Shown piece by piece: positions 1 through 8,949 of a stretch of DNA of 45,455 bases. The DNA comes from a virus (taxonomy: Duplodnaviria; Caudoviricetes): IMG/VR virus record IMGVR_UViG_3300020181_000321, positions 1-45,455 of that record. One strand, given 5' to 3'. Made by a program: the position numbers and the translations under genes. Numbering within the stretch: the first letter of the stretch is position 1; each line of letters opens with the position of its first letter. The notes under the pieces were generated by a model. That model searched no databases. It was not told the origin of the DNA and saw only the letters and a program-made list of their open reading frames with translations.

Positions 1-1182
1 TCAACTTGCCGCCGCGAAGACCTGGTCCATGATCTTCTTGGGCGTGTCCTTCAGGTCCGGCCACTCGTGCACGTAGGTCTGGAACGTCGTCTTCAGCGTC
101 GCGTGCCCCAAAGCCTTCCGTACCGTCTCCACCGACGCGCCGTTGTGGATCAGGCTCGTCGCGTAGAAGTGCCTGAGGTCGTGAAGCCGGAACCCCTTCG
201 GCAGACCCGCCGCTACCACCGCGTCTCGCCACATGTCCGACCAGTCCGCCGGATAGACCGGCCGGCCACTGGGCATCGTGACCACAAGCTCCACGGGCCG
301 CGTGCGGACCTCTCTGGGGTTGGTCTCGTCCTTCATCTCCCACGCGGAAGGCGGCGCGACGCGCAGCTGCTCGGCGATGGCCTCGGCCACGATGGTCGGC
401 AGGTCGACCGTGCGGGACACCCTGGTTTTCGTGGGTCCGAGGTAGAGCCCACGTCCCGTGACGTACTTGAGCTGCTGGGCAACGTCGATCTCGCGGTTGA
501 GGAACGCCACGCCGTTCTTCTCCAGGCCCATGATCTCGCTGGGCCGGAGCCCGGCGCCCGCCGCGATCCACGGCACGGCCCGAAACCGCGGCAGCAGGGC
601 ACGGGCCAGTGCGTGCACCTTGTCGACGGTGGGGATGTGATAGGACCGCGGCGGGATGGAGGGCAGCTTGATCGCCACGCACGGCGAGGACCCGATCCTG
701 CGGTCCAGCACCGCGGCCTTGAACAGCGGCCCGACCACGGTGTTGAACAGGACGGTCAGCGACACCGGGGCGAGGCTCTTCGACCGGTCCGCGACCCATC
801 CGCGGATGTGGGAGTTGAAGACGTTCCCCAGCTGCTCGTGCCCGAGGAGCGGGTACACGTGCAACCGCAGCCCGCGCTCCATGTGGGCGTAGGTGGTGGG
901 ATCGACGTCGACCCGCGTCTTCAGCCACTGCTCGCCGTACTGGCGCACGGTCATCTGCCCCGCCCTGGGGTCGACGTAGCGCCCCTGGGAGATGTCGGCC
1001 TTGATGTTGTTCTCGAACTGCTCCGCCTCCACCTTGGTGTCGAATGCGGGGTGCCGCTCCTCACCGGTGCGCGGGTCGGTGTAGTTGACCCGCCAGCGCC
1101 GGCCACGGCCGTACCGCTTGGACTTGATCCGCTCGTCGTTGGGCCCGCGCTTCTTGAGGTACCAGAGGTCCTGGGGCGCCAT
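1..1182 (-). CDS. int: Tyrosine integrase
   Basis: Catalytic set GLRPSEI (R), HDLRH, LGHA, TYVH; N-terminal arm-binding region (WRVNYTDP..F.TK.EA). ATG 1182 preferred over the ORF-track start at 1311. Confidence 0.96.
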   Translation of the reverse strand: MAPQDLWYLKKRGPNDERIKSKRYGRGRRWRVNYTDPRTGEERHPAFDTKVEAEQFENNIKADISQGRYVDPRAGQMTVRQYGEQWLKTRVDVDPTTYAHMERGLRLHVYPLLGHEQLGNVFNSHIRGWVADRSKSLAPVSLTVLFNTVVGPLFKAAVLDRRIGSSPCVAIKLPSIPPRSYHIPTVDKVHALARALLPRFRAVPWIAAGAGLRPSEIMGLEKNGVAFLNREIDVAQQLKYVTGRGLYLGPTKTRVSRTVDLPTIVAEAIAEQLRVAPPSAWEMKDETNPREVRTRPVELVVTMPSGRPVYPADWSDMWRDAVVAAGLPKGFRLHDLRHFYATSLIHNGASVETVRKALGHATLKTTFQTYVHEWPDLKDTPKKIMDQVFAAAS

Positions 1183-1331
1183 CACGCCCACCTGGCGGCG
1201 CGTGCGTGAAGCGCTCGGCGGTCCGTCTGCGCCTGGTGCTCGTCGACCTTCGGGGCCGGGGGACGGTGGGCCGGTCGGCGCGTGGTGCGTCGACAGGCGC
1301 GGGTGGTGCACCAGCGATCTCTAATGGACAT
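1182..1331 (-). CDS. Small 49-aa ORF coupled to int
   Basis: MSIRDRWCTTRACRR...ARWA; its TGA overlaps the int ATG (TGATG). Confidence 0.4.
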   Translation of the reverse strand: MSIRDRWCTTRACRRTTRRPAHRPPAPKVDEHQAQTDRRALHARAARWA

Positions 1332-1350
1332 GTTCGGGTCTCCGGCTAAG

Positions 1351-1389
1351 GCCGTGGTGAGGGCAGCACGAAATAGCCCTCACCACGGC
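1351..1389. terminator. 14-bp stem hairpin upstream of the int unit
   Basis: GCCGTGGTGAGGGC-11nt-GCCCTCACCACGGC. Confidence 0.55.
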
Positions 1390-1410
1390 GAGGTTTGGCT
1401 TACCTAAATC

Positions 1411-1440
1411 GTTTGCAGATGTTTGCGGATGTTTGCCAGG
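1411..1440. repeat. Three tandem 10-bp direct repeats (protein-binding site)
   Basis: GTTTGCAGAT GTTTGCGGAT GTTTGCCAGG. Confidence 0.7.
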
Positions 1441-1453
1441 AGGGCGCGGTAAA

Positions 1454-1795
1454 TCACTTGACGCCACGGAGCGGTCTTACCGGCACGCCGTCGTAGCAGT
1501 CGCAGTCGCGCATCACCTGCTCCAGGTACCGGAAGAGCTTCCGGTTCACCAACAAGCTGTGCAGCAGGTGGCCCACAAACGCGACACCGGCCAGCGCCGC
1601 CGTCCACAACATCGCGATCAGCAGCCCCGGGTAGTTCTGGGCCACGACACCGGCCAGCACGCCCAGGGTAATGATCAGTCCCACTCCGATCGCCACCAAC
1701 GCGATCGTCGTTCCCCATTTTTCGGTCAAGGTCGTCTTCTCTCGGGAGATCGCTCGCCGCATCTGTGCGGCCTCGCGATCTTCACGTCGACGCAA
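1454..1795 (-). CDS. Two-TM membrane protein in the immunity region (start uncertain, possibly 1762)
   Basis: Two hydrophobic stretches; co-oriented with repressor and int. Confidence 0.65.
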   Translation of the reverse strand: MRRREDREAAQMRRAISREKTTLTEKWGTTIALVAIGVGLIITLGVLAGVVAQNYPGLLIAMLWTAALAGVAFVGHLLHSLLVNRKLFRYLEQVMRDCDCYDGVPVRPLRGVK

Positions 1796-1907
1796 ACCGA
1801 GGCGTTGTTAGCTGGAATATTGTTGACCACTCAAACGGACCACGATTGTTACTGGTCGTTCACGGCTGATCGCGCTCCGCAGGTTTGCGGAGAACGTTCT
1901 GTGGTCG

Positions 1908-2405
1908 TCATCCCACCCGTTCGGCGGCTTGCTCGTTACCTCCTTCATCCTCTCGGGGGACGCCCCTGAGGTAGTTCTCCCGAGTGCCGATCGCCCGAAC
2001 GAGCCATCCCTGCGCCCGATCGGGTCCATACGCGGGGTCCTCGGCACGGTCCAGATAGCGGGCGACGAGCTGCCGGGGAGTGGCGGCGAGGATCCAGGTC
2101 ACCTCCCGGTCCGACAGGCCCGCGCCTCGTGCCGCCTCGCGCGTCCGCTCGTCGACGGGCGTCGAGTGCCGCGTTCGACGCGCGGCTTCCTCGCGCAGCG
2201 TGCCGACGGGCAGGCCGAGCCCGGCCTCGATCGCGGCCAGGTGCACATCGCGGGTGTTGCGCGTGCCGTCCTCGGCTGCCGTCCAGGTGCCGCGGTCGAT
2301 CCCTGCCTTCGCTGCCGCCTTGCTGACGCTGAGTCGGAGCGCCTCGCGGTGCTCTTTGATCAGCGCCGCGAGGTGTCGTCGCCACTGCCGTTCGTCTTCG
2401 GCCAT
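1908..2405 (-). CDS. XRE-family HTH immunity repressor
   Basis: REALRLSVSKAAAKAGIDRGTWTAAEDG HTH; divergent from the Cro-like gene. Confidence 0.85.
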   Translation of the reverse strand: MAEDERQWRRHLAALIKEHREALRLSVSKAAAKAGIDRGTWTAAEDGTRNTRDVHLAAIEAGLGLPVGTLREEAARRTRHSTPVDERTREAARGAGLSDREVTWILAATPRQLVARYLDRAEDPAYGPDRAQGWLVRAIGTRENYLRGVPREDEGGNEQAAERVG

Positions 2406-2541
2406 CTTCCGCACCATCCCCGAGTGGAACCCAGCTGAATGTAGCGGAATCACTCACACACAGACACCGCATGACTACGGGTTGCGGGCTTCAGTGGCAG
2501 GCAGTTGCGGAACTTAGCTGAACTTTGTAGGGTTCTGAGGC

Positions 2542-2799
2542 ATGGAATCCCGCCCACCCAACAACCCCCTCCCCAGCGGTGTGGCGATCAACGGCAGTCG
2601 TCTCCGCACGGAGCGCCAGCTTCTCGGCGACAGCCTGAGCAGCTTCGCCAGCCGGGTCGGGATCACCTTCCAGTACCTGAGCCAGATTGAGCGCGGCGAC
2701 CGCCGCCGCGTCAGCCCGGCCGTGTTCGCCCGCATCTGCGACGCCCTCGGCTACCCGCCGCACCAGCGCCGAGCGCTGCTCGCGGTCGACGCCGCCTGA
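2542..2799 (+). CDS. Cro-like XRE HTH regulator
   Basis: LSSFASRVGITFQYLSQIERG HTH; first rightward gene. Confidence 0.88.
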   Translation: MESRPPNNPLPSGVAINGSRLRTERQLLGDSLSSFASRVGITFQYLSQIERGDRRRVSPAVFARICDALGYPPHQRRALLAVDAA

Positions 2800-2886
2800 C
2801 CCCCGAAAACCGGAAGGGCCGCCCGCCTCACCCCCGGATGCCGCCGGGAGCGGACGAACGGCCCATGAACAGGAGACGAGAACTCC

Positions 2887-3372
2887 ATGCCCATCACCAA
2901 GGTAACCCGACCACCGACCGGCCAGCCGGCCGCGCCCACCCTCGCGGACCAGCTCCGCGCCGGCGTCACCTCCCCCGCCGTCCGCACCGCCCTCGGTGAC
3001 CTGGCCGGCGTCTACGACGGGCTGACCGCCGCCGGGGTGCGCATCCCGACCGTGCTCGCGGCCGGCTTCGAGGCCGTGCGCCAGGCCGTCCGGCTCACCA
3101 CATCGATGACGGTCCGCGTCCGCAACCAGGCCGCTGAGACCCCGTGGGGCTCCGGGCCTACCTCGCCGGTCGTGACCACCGTGACGATCCCGGCCGTGTG
3201 CCCGCGGTGCGGCGGCCCGCGCGGCGAGGCCCGCACCCTGCGCCAGCACGAGGACGGCACGACCTACTTCGTGGACGTCTGGGACAACCCCTGCGGCCAC
3301 GTGGACCTGTACGAGGACGTGGTGCGCGAGGCCGCCCGCTACCGCGAGCTGGTGCAGGCGGTGTCGCGATGA
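2887..3372 (+). CDS. Hypothetical phage protein with Zn-ribbon motifs
   Basis: CPRCGG and NPCGH motifs; AGGAG RBS. Confidence 0.75.
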   Translation: MPITKVTRPPTGQPAAPTLADQLRAGVTSPAVRTALGDLAGVYDGLTAAGVRIPTVLAAGFEAVRQAVRLTTSMTVRVRNQAAETPWGSGPTSPVVTTVTIPAVCPRCGGPRGEARTLRQHEDGTTYFVDVWDNPCGHVDLYEDVVREAARYRELVQAVSR

Positions 3373-3518
3373 ACGGGCACCAGGTGCGCTTGGCGCTGGC
3401 CGCCGCCGCGTCGCTGGCCGCCGTCGCGGTGTCGGGCTGCGAGCCCGCGCCCGAGCGGCCCGGCCAGATCGAGATCGAGGCCACCGCGACCGTCACCGAG
3501 GCGGTGATCGTCCAGTGA
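3369..3518 (+). CDS. Small putative lipoprotein
   Basis: Hydrophobic signal ending in VSGC lipobox; ATGA coupling. Confidence 0.55.
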   Translation: MNGHQVRLALAAAASLAAVAVSGCEPAPERPGQIEIEATATVTEAVIVQ

Positions 3519-3637
3519 GGACCATCCCCGACCGCGTGGTGGTCGTCGCCGAGGCGGCCGAGCGGGTCCTCGTCGTGATCGTGTTCGTGGCGCTGCCGGT
3601 GGCCGTGGTCGTCGCCCAGGCGGTGGCCCGTGGCTGA
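3515..3637 (+). CDS. Small membrane protein (40 aa)
   Basis: MRTIPDRVVVVAEAAERVLVVIVFVALPVAVVVAQAVARG; GTGA coupling. Confidence 0.5.
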   Translation: MRTIPDRVVVVAEAAERVLVVIVFVALPVAVVVAQAVARG

Positions 3638-4046
3638 GACGACGCTGCCGCCGCTGACCGAACGGCACATGCAGGTGCTAAAGCTGCTGGCCTACGGGTT
3701 TACCGACCGCGAAATCGGTACCCGGCTGGGGCTGGCCGCGCAGACGGTGAAGAGCCACCTGCGGCGGATGAACATCGCGTGGGACACCACGGGCCGGACT
3801 CAGCTGGTGGCTCTGGCCTACCAGCACGGTGTCCTGCCGGTCACGCACTCGCCGCAGGCCACCGAGTTGGCCGAGCTGCGCGCCACGGTGCGCGAGCTGG
3901 CCGAGCTGCTGGGGATCGCCGGCTGCCCGGACGGGCTGACCCGCACGGCGTTGGTGACCGAGCTGCGCAAGCGCATCGCCGTAGCGGACGCCGCGCCCTC
4001 CCCCGGCTCCCGGATCCGCGCCGAAGGCGGTGCGCACCGTGGCTGA
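3630..4046 (+). CDS. LuxR-type HTH regulator
   Basis: LTERHMQVLKLLAYGFTDREIGTRLGLAAQTVKSHL. Confidence 0.9.
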   Translation: MAETTLPPLTERHMQVLKLLAYGFTDREIGTRLGLAAQTVKSHLRRMNIAWDTTGRTQLVALAYQHGVLPVTHSPQATELAELRATVRELAELLGIAGCPDGLTRTALVTELRKRIAVADAAPSPGSRIRAEGGAHRG

Positions 4047-4350
4047 CGAGATCCTGGAGATCCAGCCGGAGGAGTCCGGCGACGTGCTGCCCTACCCGTG
4101 GTTCATCACGAAGGACGGCATGGTCGGCCGCCAGGACTTCTGGCGCGGCAAGCCGGCACAGCTCGTCGGGTTCGTGTTCGAGCCCGACACGACCGGTGAC
4201 GTCGACCTGAGCTTCGACCAGTTCTGGGCCGACGGCACCGACGCCGTGGGCATGTTCCCGGTGTTCGCGCACGCCGACGGCTCGTTCAACACCTACGGCC
4301 ACCGCCGCATCGCGGCGGTGCGCGCCGAGGGTGGTGACGGCCGTGGGTGA
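4039..4350 (+). CDS. Hypothetical protein
   Basis: Good codon usage; coupled to neighbours. Confidence 0.7.
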   Translation: MADEILEIQPEESGDVLPYPWFITKDGMVGRQDFWRGKPAQLVGFVFEPDTTGDVDLSFDQFWADGTDAVGMFPVFAHADGSFNTYGHRRIAAVRAEGGDGRG

Positions 4351-5533
4351 CCAGTCCCGTATCGAGTGGACGGACGCGACGCTCAACATCGTCACCGGGT
4401 GCACGCGGGTGTCCGAGGGCTGCCGGCGCTGCTACATCGAGCGCACGCCGCCGTTCTACCAGGCCGGCCGGAAGTTCGACGGCGACGGCATCGGCGCGAC
4501 CACCGGCGTCCTGCTGCACCCCGAGCGCCTGGCGCAGCCGCTGCGCTGGACCCGGCCGCGCCGGGTGTTCGTCAACTCGCTGGCCGACCTGTTCCACGCG
4601 ACCGTGCCGAACGAGCTGATCGCGCGGCTGTGGGTTGTCATGGCCCTGACGCCGCGCCACACCTACCAGGTGCTGACCAAGCGGCCCGCGCGGATGCGGG
4701 GGCTGCTCACCGGTCCACGCTGGACCGGCCTGGTGCGCCGGGCGGTGTCATGGGTGGTGGACCACATCGAGGCCCCGATGCCCCTGCCGGACATCGCGCG
4801 GGTCGACGCGTGGCTGGCGACCCCGGAGCGCGCAGACGACGTGCTGCCCCCGCTGCCGAACGTGTGGGTGGGCGTGTCCACCGAGGACCAGAAGACCGCG
4901 GACCAGCGCATCCCGGACCTGCTGGACACCCCGGCCGCCGTGCGCTGGATCAGCGCCGAACCGCTGCTGGGGCCGATCGACCTCCGCGCGGTCCGAGGTC
5001 TGGACGGCCAGTACGGCTGCCGGGGCGCTCACCTGGGGCGGGGTACCGCGGAGTGCCCGACCGGGCGTCACCACCACCACGACGACCGCTGCCGGTTCCC
5101 GCTTGACTGGGTTGTGGTCGGGGGCGAGTCCGGTCCGGGCGCGCGGCCGATGCACCCGCAGTGGGCCCGCGACATCCGGGACGCCTGCGCCCGCGCGGGT
5201 GTGCCGTTGCTCTTCAAGCAGTGGGGCGATTGGGGACCCGCGCCGTGGGCGGTGCGGGTGTGCGACCCGGCCGTCGGCTGGCGCGGCACCGACGACGAGC
5301 TGGCCGCCGCGAAGCGGGACGCGGAGGCGCGCGGCGCCACCCACGCCTACGCGGTGTGGGCCCACGAGCACGGCTGGGAGACCTACAGGCCCAACCACAA
5401 GCCGTGGTCGCTGGAGCGCGCCGACTCCGTGGACGAGCGCTACCACGCGCCGATCCGCCGCTGGGGCAAGAAGCGCGCGGGCCGGGAGCTGGACGGCGTG
5501 CTGCACGACGAGTACCCGGCGGTGACCCGGTGA
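4343..5533 (+). CDS. DUF5131 / phage Gp37-Gp68 family (radical-SAM-like)
   Basis: IEWTDATLN..GCTRVSEGCRRCY, FVNSLADLFH, LTKRP, SAEPLL, WVVVGGESGPGARP, FKQWG motifs. Confidence 0.93.
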   Translation: MGDQSRIEWTDATLNIVTGCTRVSEGCRRCYIERTPPFYQAGRKFDGDGIGATTGVLLHPERLAQPLRWTRPRRVFVNSLADLFHATVPNELIARLWVVMALTPRHTYQVLTKRPARMRGLLTGPRWTGLVRRAVSWVVDHIEAPMPLPDIARVDAWLATPERADDVLPPLPNVWVGVSTEDQKTADQRIPDLLDTPAAVRWISAEPLLGPIDLRAVRGLDGQYGCRGAHLGRGTAECPTGRHHHHDDRCRFPLDWVVVGGESGPGARPMHPQWARDIRDACARAGVPLLFKQWGDWGPAPWAVRVCDPAVGWRGTDDELAAAKRDAEARGATHAYAVWAHEHGWETYRPNHKPWSLERADSVDERYHAPIRRWGKKRAGRELDGVLHDEYPAVTR

Positions 5534-5835
5534 CCGCCGCGCTGCTGATCGCGCTGCTGGGCGCGTGCGCGCTGCTGGTGCTGGGCGGTGTGGTCCGGCT
5601 CCTGGTGCCCCGCGCCACCCATCAGCCCCGGCACGCGCTCGGCGCGGCCGACGACCTGACCGGCTGGCCCGAGGAGCTGGCCGCGATCAACGCCGCGCAC
5701 CGCGCCGACCGCGCCCGACGAACCGCACCGACCGAGCGGTTCAGCCCGGCTCCCGTGTGGATCGCGCCCGAGGACGTGCCCCCGGCGATGGTCCGCCCCT
5801 ACTACCTGAGCACCCAGGAGGTGCCCGATGCCTAG
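5530..5835 (+). CDS. Hypothetical membrane-anchored protein
   Basis: N-terminal TM segment; GTGA coupling. Confidence 0.6.
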   Translation: MTAALLIALLGACALLVLGGVVRLLVPRATHQPRHALGAADDLTGWPEELAAINAAHRADRARRTAPTERFSPAPVWIAPEDVPPAMVRPYYLSTQEVPDA

Positions 5836-6040
5836 GAAGACCACCGCCACGGTGCGGCGGCTGTCCACCGACGAGGCCGCGATCGAGCTGGGGGTGCAGC
5901 CGTCGACGCTGCGCACCTGGCGGTACCGGCAGAAGGGACCCGAGTCCTACCGGCTCGGCGGCCGGGTCGTCTACGACTCGGACAAGATCGAGGCGTACCG
6001 CGAGCGGGAAAAGGCCCGGTCCTTGCGAGGTGGCGCGTGA
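5828..6040 (+). CDS. Excisionase/AlpA-like winged HTH
   Basis: LSTDEAAIELGVQPSTLRTWRYRQKGPESYRLGGRVVY. Confidence 0.85.
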   Translation: MPRKTTATVRRLSTDEAAIELGVQPSTLRTWRYRQKGPESYRLGGRVVYDSDKIEAYREREKARSLRGGA

Positions 6041-6393
6041 ACCACCGCAGCCTGCCCACCTCGCACACCTGCCCCGGCGGCTGCGGCGCCCACGTGCCGC
6101 GTCACCGGCTGGCGTGCCGCTCCTGCTGGTCCCGGCTGCCGCAGGCGCTGCAGCGCGCGATCTGGCAGCACCACGAGTCGGGCGACCGGGCGGCGCACGC
6201 CGGCGCGGTCAGCGCCGCCGTCGACTGGTACCGCGCCAACCCGCGCGCCTGCCCGTGCCCGCCGCCCGACCAGGACGGCCGGCAGGCGGTCAACGCCGGG
6301 TGCCGCACGCACGGCGTGCACTCCACCACCGACGACGACCCTGACGTCCGCTCCCTTGCCCGCCTCATGGGCACGACCGAGGAGGGTCGATGA
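6037..6393 (+). CDS. Cys-rich hypothetical protein
   Basis: CPGGC..ACRSCW..LP motif. Confidence 0.7.
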   Translation: MNHRSLPTSHTCPGGCGAHVPRHRLACRSCWSRLPQALQRAIWQHHESGDRAAHAGAVSAAVDWYRANPRACPCPPPDQDGRQAVNAGCRTHGVHSTTDDDPDVRSLARLMGTTEEGR

Positions 6394-6551
6394 CCCCGGA
6401 GACCACTGTGGACCAGGCGCTCGCCGCCGTCCGCGAGATCGTGACCCGGCTCGACCCGCCGCCGCCCGACCTCGCGCCCCGGCTTGCCGAGATCGCCGAG
6501 GACGTGGAGCTGCAGCGGCATCTCGACGCGCAGTCCGGGGGCGGCTGGTGA
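6390..6551 (+). CDS. Small hypothetical protein
   Basis: GGAGG RBS; ATGA/GTGA coupling on both sides. Confidence 0.55.
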   Translation: MTPETTVDQALAAVREIVTRLDPPPPDLAPRLAEIAEDVELQRHLDAQSGGGW

Positions 6552-6730
6552 CCCACCGCGCCGCGCGCCGCCTGGCGCACGTGCTCGCCGCCCTGGTGCT
6601 GCTCGCCGCCCTCGTGGCGGTGGGCAGCACCACCGGTCCGGCGCGCCCGGCCCCGCCCACCCTCACGACCACCGTGCCCGGCACGGGGATCGCGACCGCG
6701 GTCCCCCTCCCCCAGGTGGTGCGCTGGTGA
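6548..6730 (+). CDS. Small membrane protein
   Basis: Hydrophobic helix; coupled on both sides. Confidence 0.5.
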   Translation: MTHRAARRLAHVLAALVLLAALVAVGSTTGPARPAPPTLTTTVPGTGIATAVPLPQVVRW

Positions 6731-7605
6731 CCGCCGTGGCCGAGCGGGTCGTGATCACCCGCCCCGGGGTGTACCCGGACCTGACCGACGAGCAGTACCA
6801 CGGCGACCCGGTGCCGGACGGCTCGCTGTCCTCGTCCGGCGCGAAGCTGCTGCTGCCGCCGAACCCGCCCGCGCTCTACCACTGGCGGCGCCGGAACCCG
6901 GAGCCCCCGCGGGCCGTGTTCGACTTCGGCAAGGCCGCCCACAAGCTCGTGCTGGGCACCGGCCCGGAACTGGCCGTGGTCGACGCGCCGGACTGGCGCA
7001 CCGCGAAGGCCAGGGCCGCACGAGCCGCCGCCTACGAGGCCGGGCACGTGCCGGTCCTCGCGCACGAGCACGCCGAGGTGCTGGGCATGGCGGACGCGAT
7101 CCGCCGGCACCCGGTCGCCGGTCGCCTGTTCGAGCCCGGCGCGGGCGCGGCCGAGCAGTCCCTGTTCTGGATCGACGACGACACCGGGGTGTGGCGGCGC
7201 GCCCGCCTGGACTGGCTGCCCCACCGGATCAGCAGCCGGGGACGGCTGATCATCCCCGATTACAAGACCTGCGACAGCGCCGACCGCGACGCCGTCTCCA
7301 AGGCCGTCGAGCGCTACCGCTACCACCTCCAAGCCGCCTGGTACTCCGAGGCGGCCCAAGCCCTCGGCCTCGCCGAGCAGGTGCTGTTCCTGTTCGTCTT
7401 CCAGGAGCGGAAAGCACCCCACCTAATCCACGTCGTGGAGCTGGGCGCCCTGGCGCTCCGGACCGGCCACGACCTGTCCCGACAGGCACTCGCGATCTAC
7501 GCCGAGTGCACCGCCGCCGCCCACTGGCCCGGCTACAGCGCCGACGAGATCGGACTCGTCGACCTGCCGCCGTGGGCACGCACCACCGAAAGGATGACCT
7601 GGTGA
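6727..7605 (+). CDS. RecE/exonuclease VIII-like PD-(D/E)XK nuclease
   Basis: LSSSGAK, FGKAAH, EQSLFW, RARLDWL, DYKT, YHLQAAWY motifs. Confidence 0.88.
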   Translation: MTAVAERVVITRPGVYPDLTDEQYHGDPVPDGSLSSSGAKLLLPPNPPALYHWRRRNPEPPRAVFDFGKAAHKLVLGTGPELAVVDAPDWRTAKARAARAAAYEAGHVPVLAHEHAEVLGMADAIRRHPVAGRLFEPGAGAAEQSLFWIDDDTGVWRRARLDWLPHRISSRGRLIIPDYKTCDSADRDAVSKAVERYRYHLQAAWYSEAAQALGLAEQVLFLFVFQERKAPHLIHVVELGALALRTGHDLSRQALAIYAECTAAAHWPGYSADEIGLVDLPPWARTTERMTW

Positions 7606-8948
7606 GCACCACGCTCGACCTCGCACCACCCGCAGTCCCCGTGGCCCCGCGCATCAGCCAGGGCACCACGATCGAGCAGTCCCGCGCCGTTGCGGAGGTC
7701 CAGGCCGCCGCGATCATGGCCCGCCAGTTCCCCCGCGACGAGCAGCGCGCCATCCGCACGATGCAGGAGGCTTGCGCCCGCCCGTCCCTGGCGAAGATCG
7801 CGTTCTACCGGTACCGGCGCGGCGGTGAGGTCGTCACCGGCCCGACCGTGAAGCTGCTCCAGGAGCTGGCCCGGATCTGGGGCAACGTGGCGTTCGGCAT
7901 CCACGAGCTGTCCATCGACCACACGGTGGGCGAGTCGGAGATGCTGGCCTACGCCTGGGACCTGGAGGGCAACACCCGCTCCTCGCAGACCACCATCGTC
8001 CAGCACGTGCGGGACAAGAACGTCGACGGCACGAAGGTCGCCGAGCGCCTGGTCGACCGGCGCGACGTCTACGAGGCCAACACGAACAACGCCGCGCGCC
8101 GGCTGCGCGAGGCACTGCGCCGGGTGCTGCCCGGGTGGTTCGTGGAGGAGGCCGAGGAGCGCTGCCGCCACACCCTGGAGAACCCCGGTGACGGGCTCAC
8201 CCTCGCGCAGCGCGTCGCGAAGGTGCTGCGCGGCCTGGAGAACGGGTTCAACGTCGACCGCGTCCGCGCCGAAGCCCACGTGGGCAAGCCCGCGGGCGAG
8301 TGGACCGCGTGGGACCTCGCCCAGCTCACGATCACCGCCGAGTCCATCAAGCGCGGTGACCTGCGGGTGGACGAAGCCTTCCCACTGCGGGCGACCAGGG
8401 CCGAAGTCACCGGCGCCACCACGCCCGCCCCGGCCGTCCAGCAGGCCGCGCCCAACACCCCGGCACCCGTCCCCGTGGCTGCCCCGGAACAGCCCGCCGC
8501 GCCGACCCCGGCCGCGCCGGTGGCACAGCAGCCCGCCGCGCCCATCGAGGAGCCCGCGCCCGCCGCGCCGCCCGCGCCGGTGACCGAGGACGTGCCGCCG
8601 CCCGTCGACGAGCCGCCCGCGCCCGAGGAGCCGCCCGCCCGACAGCAGCCCGCGGCGGACACCCGGCCCACCGGATCGGCGCTCGCCGCAACCCGGCAGC
8701 AGGTCAACCGGCTGGCCGCGCAGCTGTCGAGCCTGCAGGTCACCTCCCGGGAGGCCCGGCTGGACGTGCTGGGCACGCTGATCGGGCACCGGCTGGTGTC
8801 CTCCAATGACCTCACCCGCGCCGAGGCCACCACGGTCATCGACCTGCTGGAGCGGATCTGCGCGGCACCCGAGCCGGCCAGGGCGCTGGACCAGCTCCTG
8901 GTGGAGATGACCGAGGCCGCCGACACCGGCACCGAGGGTGGTGCGTGA
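7602..8948 (+). CDS. Putative recombination partner (single-strand annealing-like) with Pro/Ala-rich linker
   Basis: Directly after the RecE-like gene; globular N-domain (FPRD, YRRGG..TGPTV..ELARIWGN), PA-rich linker, C-terminal LT..EA domain. Function inferred from synteny. Confidence 0.55.
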   Translation: MSTTLDLAPPAVPVAPRISQGTTIEQSRAVAEVQAAAIMARQFPRDEQRAIRTMQEACARPSLAKIAFYRYRRGGEVVTGPTVKLLQELARIWGNVAFGIHELSIDHTVGESEMLAYAWDLEGNTRSSQTTIVQHVRDKNVDGTKVAERLVDRRDVYEANTNNAARRLREALRRVLPGWFVEEAEERCRHTLENPGDGLTLAQRVAKVLRGLENGFNVDRVRAEAHVGKPAGEWTAWDLAQLTITAESIKRGDLRVDEAFPLRATRAEVTGATTPAPAVQQAAPNTPAPVPVAAPEQPAAPTPAAPVAQQPAAPIEEPAPAAPPAPVTEDVPPPVDEPPAPEEPPARQQPAADTRPTGSALAATRQQVNRLAAQLSSLQVTSREARLDVLGTLIGHRLVSSNDLTRAEATTVIDLLERICAAPEPARALDQLLVEMTEAADTGTEGGA

Positions 8949-8949
8949 C

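Noticed and set aside
1183-1311. N-terminal extension of integrase in the ORF track
   Set aside because: Low-complexity sequence; ATG 1182 fits the family start and is coupled to an upstream ORF.
1808-2047. 79-aa minus-strand ORF
   Set aside because: Overlaps the repressor 3' end out of frame; no RBS or motif support.
8400-8680. Repetitive Pro/Ala-rich DNA
   Set aside because: Disordered protein linker, not a DNA element.
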